In this document: positions 50,480 through 60,748 of the stretch, one piece after another
Numbering within the stretch: the stretch's first letter is position 1
How the letters are laid out: each line of letters begins with the position of its first letter
Assembly: GCA_964016885.1 (NCBI GenBank)
Contig: OZ024754.1
Location: 18,228,001 to 18,292,000 of the forward strand
Reading direction: 5' to 3'
Source of the DNA: Eledone cirrhosa
Taxonomy: Eukaryota
Length of the DNA: 64,000 nt
Translations under genes and position numbers: made by a program
The notes under the pieces: generated by a model
Seen by the model: the letters and a program-made list of their open reading frames with translations, nothing else
The model's database searches: none
Told to the model about the DNA's origin: nothing

Positions 50480-51200
50480 GTGGGAGTGAGAGTAGTGACA
50501 TGTGGGTGTGGAGATTGTCTGCAAGTCGATCAACCCATTGCTGTCATATCCTCTCTCTGGCTCTCAAGCTAGAATACTTTATGCCATAGGGCTTCCAGGG
50601 TTGGCTGGTTAATTGACATCCTGATCAGGTAACCAAACCAAACATCTAACAAATAGAATATTAATTTTCCATCAGATAGAATGATATCTATATTGATTTT
50701 TTGTTTGTTTTTTGTGAAGTAATACTTACCACATTTGAGTTTCAAACCCACAATACAGGAGTTCAATACTAATACTGTCTAGCTTTTACTATTTTACCTC
50801 ACAGTGGAAGATCGACAAGATATTTGCCTTTCACTTAGTTTCTCATCATTCTTAGATATTTTATTTATATTATTTATGAAGAGGATGAAAAACATATCAA
50901 TGAAAGAAATTAATCCATAGAATCCAACTAATACATTCCATCATATTTACTATACTTCTCTGTTGCTCATCCATTCAGTTTAATCTAGAAAATCATTTAG
51001 CTCTAATCTTCATTCTTGATCTTATCTCATCAATAAGTCTGTCATCTGCAAAAGACAGATTTATTGATGAGTTCTTCTCAATGTCTTTTACAGATCTTGT
51101 GGAAGAGTATGGCATCTTAGAAGTTTCAATATTATAGCATTATGTATAGATTCTTAATGCCAACAAACTTCCTACATCTCAGTTACCAATACCAAACTGT
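50480..51200 (-). mobile_element. Possible old LINE RT remnant
   Basis: Minus-strand SFADDRL at about 51060-51035 followed by an EW..N..C-like segment; very decayed. Confidence 0.35.
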
Positions 51201-52447
51201 TTGCTTCTATTTCAGGAACACATGTCATCAGCTATCTATGTATTCATAAGCTCCATTAAGTAGTTCCCCATTTAGTCCATTTTCTAAATTTGTATTTTGG
51301 CACACATACATTATGGGAGTCAGTGGAAGGTACTCAACCACTTGAGAAGAAGAATGGGTTGGCAAAAAGCTGCTTTGGTCAGATGGAGTTACAGGAGAAT
51401 CAAATTAGATTATAGAATACTGCCTAGTCAGCTCTCTACTGCTACCAAAACAATACAACTCAAATTAACTTGGAAGACTTCAGTGAAAATAAAAAGAGCT
51501 GTTTAGAAAGGTGGAAAGCTGTTATATGACCCCCACACCCAACATTTACTTTAAGAAAGCATAATGTACAAACAAAAGAAATCAAAGTTCCAAGACAATT
51601 ATGGTCAAGACAATCTCATTTCTTTTTTAAAGATTGTCACATAGAATATTGTTTTTAGTAACTTTACAAAACTAATTCTTTAGTTATGCTAAGAATTTAT
51701 CCCCAAAGATCATGAGGACCTTCTCCATTGCTTAAATATATCAACACTTCCAATACCAACCAGCCCAAAACCATCTCTGGTTCAATGACACAAAGCCACC
51801 CATTATAAAGGGTTCCTTTTTATATTAAAATCTTCCAACAATTTCATACATAAGTTACTATCTAAGTAATGAAATAATAATTTTAGTAAATCCTTCAAAA
51901 TTCTTCATTAATTAATTGAAATAGAGTGTATTTAATTAGAAATACAATCACAAAAACAAAATTATAAATGCTATAACAATTTTGTCAACAGTCATTTTCA
52001 AAGTTTTATTATAACAGCAATATTTTAGTTTTCATCCATTTGCAAGACTGAAGGAAGCCATTATGCAGATACCAATAAAAACATTTTGGCTTAGAAAAAC
52101 ATATGTTAAAAATATATACATAGCATGGTTTAGGGTAAACTGTTTTAGATTAGAAGTCTTAACTATGAAAAGAATGAACTATGAAGTATAAACATTTTCA
52201 AATAATATCCCTCATACACAGAAAAACATTGATTATTCTTCTGATTTGATTTTAGACATTATTGAATACTCATCAGAGATTAACTAACCCTGTAATTCTG
52301 TAAATGGAAGAATATTGTTATAGTGGCAAGAAACTCTCAGAAGAGCTGAACAACAAAATTCTTCAGAGAAGATACCCCTCAAGCGAGTGTTTCAATCCTA
52401 TATATGTTCTACAGAATAAAGAAAAATAATTGAAACGGTCAGTTTAA

Positions 52448-52661
52448 CCCTTTAATGTTCAAACTGGCCAAAATCTCTACCTCTTTCTGTTGAAACTGGC
52501 TGTAACTGGTCGCTCAAACTGATGTTAAGGTATTGTTCTCAAAATAAATACTTTCAAAATCTCATAGATTCGATATTATGTTAGATAATTATGTGAGATA
52601 AAGCCTTTACCATGAAAATACAATAATATATATATATATAGAGTAATGTGAATGCTAAATG
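52448..52661. mobile_element. piggyBac-derived MITE (family A)
   Basis: TTAA|CCCTTTAATGTTCAAAC...TATTGTTCTCAAAATAAA...TAATGTGAATGCTAAATG matches both ends of the 14073-17873 element. Confidence 0.78.
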
Positions 52662-52919
52662 TATACACTTGTTTTATATAACATATATACACTTGTTTTT
52701 ATATGCTAGATTTATACACACTTGTTTATATACGCGCTAGATTTATACATGCTAGATTTATAAACACAAGATTAATAAACACTAGATTTATATCTATCAA
52801 ACCTTTCCATCAAAATTTGAAGTATTAATCCTTTAAGTCCCAAACACCAACTTAATAACGAGGAAGTTAATTATATCTTTCCTAATATTTGATTATTTTC
52901 AAAATTATTTGAAAATAAT

Positions 52920-53200
52920 AGGCAGTGTATTTCATTGGAAATATGGTAATGAAAGGGTTAAAGACAGACAGTATCTTTCATTAGAAATATGGTAACAAAA
53001 GGGTTAAATACATAGACAGTGTCTTTCATTAGAAATATAGGATTCAAAGGGGTTAATGACATAGGTAGTGTCTTTCATTAGAAATATGGTAACAAAAAGG
53101 TTAATGACATAGGCAGTGTCTTTCTCTAAAAATATGGTAATGAAAGGGTTAATGGTATAGGCAATGTCTTTCTTTAGAAATATGGTAATGAAAAGATTAA
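52920..53200. repeat. About 48-bp tandem repeat of a MITE terminus, 6 copies
   Basis: Unit GGCAGTGTCTTTCATTAGAAATATGGTAATGAAAGGGTTAA(TGACATA), continuing a family-B MITE body at about 52785-52960. Confidence 0.85.
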
Positions 53201-55220
53201 TACAAACACTATACATTCTTTATCATTTATTGAAACCATTAAAACATTAAATCTATTTGGTTATTTTTATGCAAACTTGTGACAGTACTAAACATTTTAA
53301 AAGGTTCCATCATAAATTTTGTATAAGAACCATATGTTAAGAATCTTAGTAATTAAATAATAATTTTTTAAAAAAATCCCTTAAAAGTGTTCTCTAATTA
53401 CTGAAATAGCGTATTTCATTAGAAATACAATCATAAAAGGGATAAGATTATTACCATTAAAAAAATTAGTTGATTCACTGAATCACAGAAACATCATTTG
53501 TAATGTCTCTTAGGAATGTAATTTGATAGACAACAAGCTGTATAGCAAACTGAGTGTGTGGTATTTTCATTGATATTATACAAACTTGATAATAACTATT
53601 ACAATATTTATGTTTGGATATATTATTGATGTGGATAATTCTAAAGTTCTGTAAATCAGTTGATAGCTACTAGAAGACTAATAAATTCTAATGGACTTGC
53701 CAGTCACAACCAAAACTTCTTGTACCTTCTATGATGAATTATTTGGTTCCTTTCTCTTAACTCTTTTAATACCAACCAGCCAACCAACTCAGAACTGGCC
53801 TCAGTTCTCTGAAACAATACCAACCATTTTAAAGGGTTCCTATTTAAACTAAAACCTTTCAACATAATTTGATACAAGAATGTTACAAATACCATCTTCG
53901 TAAAATAATCAATAATTTTAGTAAATCCATCCAAATTCTTTTTTAATTAAAATACAATGTTTCATTAGAAATATTGCCATGAAAGGGTTACATGTTTTAA
54001 AATTCCGAAAACTTTAAATTCTTATCATCCACTCTGTAATGGTGAGGTTTCATTGCAACAAGTTTACAGTTTAGATTCTGGAAAAAGTCCAGCAACTTAT
54101 AGTTAAATCATCATCATCATCATCATCAATTTACATTTGCTTTCCATGTTGGTATTGGTTGGACAAGTCAGTTTAAGTAGTGGCTGTCTGTGAAGTCCCT
54201 GTCAAACCCTTGCTAGCAGGGAGACTGGCTGTTAGATGATAACTTTCATAAATCTCAAGCTTTTTTTTTTTTTTTTTTTTTTTTCTCTTCAATAAAGAAA
54301 CTTTATATGACTGGACCCAAGGAATAAGTGGGCGAAGAAGAAGAAAGAGAGAGAGAAATTTATGTCTTGAAAAAAAAAAAAAGAATGTTACCTGAGAAAT
54401 ATTTAAAAGTTACTTATATTTCAGATAAGATATCCACTGATGAAGGAAAATGATAAAGAATTGTCACAAAGTGATTGTTTTTTGTGCTGATTGATACATT
54501 CTGGCTCATTCTTGTCTTTCACATAAAAAATGTTTGACAGAACAGAGTTTTTATATAGTTCTACAATAAAATAATTTAGTTGCCATAACAGAAAGAGAAA
54601 ACTATTGTTGAAATTTGAAAATAAAATGTCTGATATGTTTGAACTTTTGACTGCTGAAGTGTTGGCCAAAAAACTGACCTTTAGCAGATATAATAAAATA
54701 GTGTAACAATGACCAGCTCCTAAATTTATAATGAAATTCTATTTTAATATCAATAATATGATCTATTGTAAAATTTATAGAATAACATTGAATATGGCAA
54801 GATATGTAAGTTTTAAATGCATAATATGACAATGATGTAACAGTTTCAACATAATCTGAAACCAGATATATTGTCAAAAGAAAAAACAAAGCTTTCGAAT
54901 AAAGCATGTCATGAAATCTTTAACCCTTCTGATACCTAACCCCCTTTTGTCAGCAATTCCTTAACCCTTCTGACATCAAACCATTAACCCCTTCTGATAT
55001 CAAACCTAACCCCTTTTGATATCAAATCATTAACTCCTTTTAATACCAACCTGCATGAAACAATCCATGTTTCCATGATACAAAACCTCTTTTAAAGTGT
55101 TCACATATAAATTCAAACATTCTCCAATATCTTTATGTTAAGAACCTTTTGCTCTGTTCAAAACATCAAATTAATAATGGATTCTAATTTAGGCACAAAG
55201 CCAACAATTTGGAAGGAAAG

Positions 55221-56157
55221 GGGAGTCAGTTATACCAAAACCAATTCTGGACTGGTACTTTATTTTATCAATCCTGGAAGGACAGGAGAGTCAGTTATAC
55301 CAAAACCAATACTGGACTGGTACTTTATTTTATCAATCCTGGAAGGACAGGAGAGTCAGTTATACCAAAACCAATTCTGGACTGGTACTTTATTTTATCA
55401 ATCCTGGAAGGAAAGGAGAGTCAGTTATACCAAAACCAATACTGGACTGGTACTTTATTTTATCAATCCTGGAAGGACAAGAGAGTCAGTTATACCAAAA
55501 CCAATACTGGACTGGTACTTTATTTTATCAATCCTGGAAGGACAGGAGAGTCAGTTATACCAAAACCAATACTGGACTGGTACTTTATTTTATCAATCCT
55601 GGAAGGACAAGAGAGTCAGTTATACCAAAACCAATACTGGACTGGTACTTTATTTTATCAATCCTGGAAGGACAGGAGAGTCAGTTATACCAAAACCAAT
55701 ACTGGACTGGTACTTTATTTTATCAATCCTGGAAGGACAAGAGAGTCAGTTATACCAAAACCAATACTGGACTGGTACTTTATTTTATCAATCCTGGAAG
55801 GACAAGAGAGTCAGTTATACCAAAACCAATACTGGACTGGTACTTTATTTTATCAATCCTGGAAGGACAGGAGAGTCAGTTATACCAAAACCAATACTGG
55901 ACTGGTACTTTATTTTATCAATCCTGGAAGGACAAGAGAGTCAGTTATACCAAAACCAATACTGGACTGGTACTTTATTTTATCAATCCTGGAAGGACAA
56001 GAGAGTCAGTTATACCAAAACCAATACTGGACTGGTACTTTATTTTATCAATCCTGGAAGGACAAGAGAGTCAGTTATACCAAAACCAATACTGGACTGG
56101 TACTTTATTTTATCAATCCTGGAAGGACAAGAGAGTCAGTTATACCAAAACCAATAC
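55221..56157. repeat. 65-bp minisatellite, about 14.4 copies, SINE-derived
   Basis: Unit GAGAGTCAGTTATACCAAAACCAATACTGGACTGGTACTTTATTTTATCAATCCTGGAAGGACA(A/G), preceded by the SINE-end sequence AGGCACAAAGCCAACAATTT. Confidence 0.97.
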
Positions 56158-56745
56158 TCAACTTGAGGTTTAAAAAAAAAATATCCAAGAAAAGCCCTAA
56201 GGATCTACCAACTGAGAGTAAAGTAATGTTAACTAGTTTGGTGCCAGTATATTGTGTAGTAGTAGTTGGTATTAGGAGGGGCATCCAGCTGAAAAAACCA
56301 TGTCAAAAATAGAACATATGAGCAAGATGTGGCACTTAAATCCATCTTGTACTTTATCATAACAACCTGTCCTACCCATACCAACATAGAAAAAAAGGAC
56401 ATAAAATGATGATGATGATATAATTCTTGTTGTTTATATAACAGGTGAAAAACCATCTTAGCAACTAGAATGTTAGTAACCAATTACAGAACTGCATAGT
56501 TCCATTCCAGTTTTCAACAAGATGCTTAAAACTTAATAATATAAAGAGATATAGAAAAAGAAGTATGATAGGTAGGTAGTGAGAATAAACTTATAAGGAA
56601 AAATATTTCCTTTTCTGAGCTGTTTCAATAAAAAGATGCTAAGGGGGGTAGTAACCCGGTGCCTAAATTATGATTAAAAAACTACTTTCCTTTTATGATT
56701 TAGCAGCAACATAGCAACTAAATATATAACTGATTGAAACATTAA

Positions 56746-56959
56746 CCCTTTAGCATTTACATTACTCTACATATATTATTGTATTTTTAGACTTTACCTC
56801 ACATAATTATCTCACATTATATCGAATCTATGAGATTTTGATGTTATTTATTTTGAGAACAATAGCTTAATGTCAGTATGAGTGGCCGGTTACAGCCGGT
56901 TTGAACAGAAAGAGGTGAGAGAATTCTGGCTGGATACAGCTGGTTTAAATGCTAAAGGA
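56746..56959. mobile_element. piggyBac-derived MITE (family A) with both TTAA flanks intact
   Basis: TTAA|CCCTTTAGCATTTA ... TAAATGCTAAAGGA|TTAA. Confidence 0.85.
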
Positions 56960-57100
56960 TTAAGCCAGTTTAATTTTTAATGAGATATAAATAATATAAC
57001 ACTTCTGTGGTAATACTTTTGTCAAATACACACTATGTCATTGAACCAGCAACGGTGGAGACTTCTGTGTTCTTGGGAGTTTGGCATATATGCTGTAGAT

Positions 57101-57260
57101 CAGGTATGGGCAACCTTTTTTGAGCAGTGGGCCACATGGGATGTGGTTCATGATAAGGTAGGCCGCACTACTAAAAAATTGAAGGCAATTTTGAAATGAG
57201 GAGTGCCAGTCAGAAAGCCAAATGGGCTGTATGTGGTTTGTGAGCCACAGTTTGTCCCTG
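57101..57260. mobile_element. hAT (Charlie-like) MITE
   Basis: CAGGTATGGGCAACCT ... AGTTTGTCCCTG termini; 8-bp TSD CTGTAGAT / CTATAGAT. Confidence 0.7.
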
Positions 57261-57269
57261 CTATAGATT

Positions 57270-57695
57270 GTAAGACACCTGCATGCAAAATGCAATGTTT
57301 TATGGTAATAAGACAGGGATGGTGAATACCAAGGATATGAGAAAACTGGAGAGAAATGAAGTGAGTATTCTCTGTTGGGTCTGTAATGTTAAAGTGCACA
57401 AACGATGAAGCATGGGTGAGCTGAAATAAAAGCTGTGTTTAAGAGGAATCATATGTAATGTGCAAGAGAGAAGACTATGCTGGTATGGACATGTGATGTA
57501 TATGGATAATGATTGTCAGGTGATGCCTGTGGAAGGAAGTAACAGTAGAGGAAGACCAAGGAAGACCTGGGCAGAAATGGTAAGAGATCTCAGAGGAGAT
57601 GACAAAGGAATGAACACAATGAGTGGAGGCAGGCTGTGCTTATGAAGATCTGTCCAAACCATGCAAACATCGGAAAACAGATGTAAAATGATGAT
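57270..57695 (+). mobile_element. Decayed RTE 3' fragment
   Basis: QERRLCWYGHVM...RGRPRKTWAEMV; ends in ATGATGAT. Confidence 0.8.
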
Positions 57696-58247
57696 TTCAC
57701 TGCATCAATTATTACAGGTATATTTCTATTTCCAGGCGCACACACCTGTGTGCATATGTACGTGTGTGTGTGTGTGTGTGCGTGTGTGTGTATATATATA
57801 TATCTTAAAATACTTTTGCTCATAGCTTCGTACTTGCATGCACACACACACTCTTTTACTTACATATACACACAGTTCTTCTTAGCTTCGTACGGACATA
57901 TAATAACACACACACACACACACACACACGTGCACAAGTATAGCTCTTTTTACAAAAGATTTCTTTTTTCCATTTCAGGTAGACGTGCTCCATCATCCAC
58001 TTTTCTAAAAAATAAATCATACACAAAACGCCAGCACCAACAGTTTTGCAAGAGATGTCAACATGAATGAACCTGTTATTTTTATCTAAAGACATTTTTT
58101 CCAATTCCATCCCGCCCGTCCCCTCAATCTATCTTATTTCTCATTCTTTCTTCTGATGAAGGACTAGCGTCTGAAACGTTATGACCTTCTTTCTGCTATA
58201 TCAAGCATTAACCTAATATATCCCTTCCATATATATCGGGGGTAACC

Positions 58248-60606
58248 ATCATCATTATCATCATTTTGTCTGCTTTTCCCTGCTTGCAAGGGTGGGACGG
58301 GTCTTATTCAGTACACCATCTCTCCAGTCGTCACGGTCCTTCGTCATCTCCACCGTGAGCTTCAGCGATCTGAGGTCTGTTCTCACCACCTCCGCCCATG
58401 TTTTAGGTGGTCTACCTCTACCACGTCTTCCTTCCACTGGCATTTCCTGGCACTTCTCCACCCATCGGTCATCCTCCATGCGCATCACATGTCCATACCA
58501 CCTGTCTCCTCTCTCGCACACTACATTCTATCCCTCTCAGACACAGTTTCTCTCTCAACACATTTATGCTGGGTCGTTCACGCACATTGACATTGCACAT
58601 CTAACGGAGCATGCTTGCCTCATTTCTCTCCAGCTGTCGCATATCCTCTGCAGTTGCTGCCCATGTCTCACTACCATGCAGCATCGCGCTCCTCACACAG
58701 GCATCATATAACCGGCCTTTCGTACGCAGGGAGAAACCCTTCTTTGTCAGCAGAGGAAGCAGCTCCCTAAACTTCTTCCAACCCGTCCTTATTCTAGATA
58801 CTATGGCCTCGGAACACCCCTCTCCCATGCTAATCTGATCTCCTAGGTACCGGAAGCTATCCACCACTTCTATAGCACCCGCCTGCATGTGAAAAATGTA
58901 TCTATCAATGCAACTTCTACTGTCTAATTTTCCTATACATCTACTGCATATGTATTTCTCCATACCTGTTAGTTTGCCTGCTATCCCACTACATCTCTTG
59001 TGTACCCAGGATCTGCATTGTGTGCATTTTATAGAATTTATGCCAGTTCCTTTTCTGCATATCGAACATGGCCATTATCCTGGCGGAATCAGAGTTTTGT
59101 CCTCTTTTCTACTCATCAACATTTTTGTCTTAGCTAGGTTCACTCTCAGTCCTCTTGCTTCCAACTGGTGTTTCCATAGCCATAATTTATTCTCTAGCTC
59201 CTCTACTGATTCTGCTATAAGAACCAGATCGTAAGCATAGAGAAGTTCCCATGAACAGCCAGTCTTAAACTCTCTGCTATGGCTTGGAGGACTATAATGA
59301 ACAAGAGCGGGCTGAGGACCGATGTACTCCTACTTGTATCTGGAATTCCTCACTAAACTCCATTCCTACCTTGACTTTACTGACAGTACCTCTGTACAAA
59401 GTTTGCACTGTCCTCACAAGCCATTCCTCAACACCTAGCTTCCCTAGGGACCACCAGATGACAGATCGGGGTACCCTATCAAAGGCCTTCTCTAGGTCAA
59501 CAAAGGCTAAGTATAGTGGCTTATTTTTCTCTAAGAACCTCTCTTGTAATTGTCTCACCAAGAAGAGGGCATCTGTTGTACTTTTCCCTGGCACAAAACC
59601 AAACTGCATCTCATCTAGTTTGACCTTTTCGCTAATTAGTTGTGCTAATATCCTTTCTGCCACTTTCATAACCTGATCCCTCAGTTTTATACCCCCATAA
59701 TTGCTCCTCTCCAGAGCATCCCCTTTACCTTTGTAGCAATTTATGAGAATACTGCTGCACCAGTCTTTGGGTATGACACCACCATATTTAGCCTGATTGA
59801 TGATGTGTGCAACCAGTTTAGTGCCTACGTCCCCTGATGCCTTCAGCATCTCAGCAACTATCCCCGATGTCAGTGTACTTTCATCACAAAATTCAAGAAG
59901 TCTCACTCCTTCTTCATTTCTTGAGCCATAACCGTGCCCACCATGTACCCCAGTGTAACCATCCTGGAGCTGTCCAACATGACCATTGAAGTCCCCTGCT
60001 AGCATAACGATGTCTCCGTCCTCTGTCATTGCGGCTGTTTGTAAAAGTTGCTCGTAAAAGCAGTTTTTCTCTTCTTCACCTAGGCCTGCTTGGGGAGCAT
60101 AGGCAGAGATGATTGTCAGTAGTCTCCTGCCTACAACTAATCTAAGCTTAATTATTCGATTACTAACTCGAACTACCTCTATTGTCTTATTGATCCATCT
60201 CTCAGCCAGGAAAATGCCTACTCCCCCTAACCCATCATCTTTACCTACCCAGAAAAGCTTATAGCTAAGATGTTTGCCCGCAACTGGTCGCGCAGAGGCA
60301 CCTCTCCATCTCACCTCTTGCACGCAACACACATCCACATGCTTTCTCTCCAGCATCTCCGCTATTTCAGCAGATCTACCTCTGAGAGTGCCAACATTAA
60401 GTCTTGCAACTCTGAGATGCGATGTCTTCATATTTTGTTGTTCCTATATACTTGTTGCTGTGCTTATAGTCGTTTTGGCATTGATACACTGGTTGGATGT
60501 CCTTCCTAACACCAGCGCCACTTTACAGCATGGACTGGGTGCTTTTATTTGTGCCACTAGCACTATAGAGGGTGTCTTACTGGACTCATGGGCCCTCTCT
60601 ACCCCT
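58248..60606 (-). mobile_element. RTE LINE with 5'UTR, APE start and RT, internally deleted
   Basis: ORF from 60431: LNVGTL, CCVQEVRW, SAYAPQ and LAGDFNGHVG, then RT AFVDLEKAFDRVPR; C-terminus in other frames; (GAT)n tail at 58248. Confidence 0.95.
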
Positions 60607-60628
60607 GCACAGTATAAATATTTAATAT

Positions 60629-60748
60629 AGAAAGGTTTCTACAGGACTACAACTGTTTGATTCGGGAGAAATCATCAGGAAGCCAATCATTAGAAAGCCT
60701 GATGATTTCTCCCGAATGAAACAGTTCTAGTCCTGTAGAAGCCTTTCT
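60629..60748. other. 120-bp palindrome made of two opposed hammerhead-ribozyme-like motifs
   Basis: 51-bp arms (60629-60679, 60698-60748) with 3 mismatches and an 18-nt loop; the right arm has CTGATGA-TTTCTCCCGAAT-GAAACAGTTCTA. Confidence 0.65.

Noticed and set aside
52325-52440. Hammerhead-like motif in a short repeat shared with about 38545-38620
   Set aside because: The core is degenerate (CTGTAGA...GAAAC) with no convincing stems.
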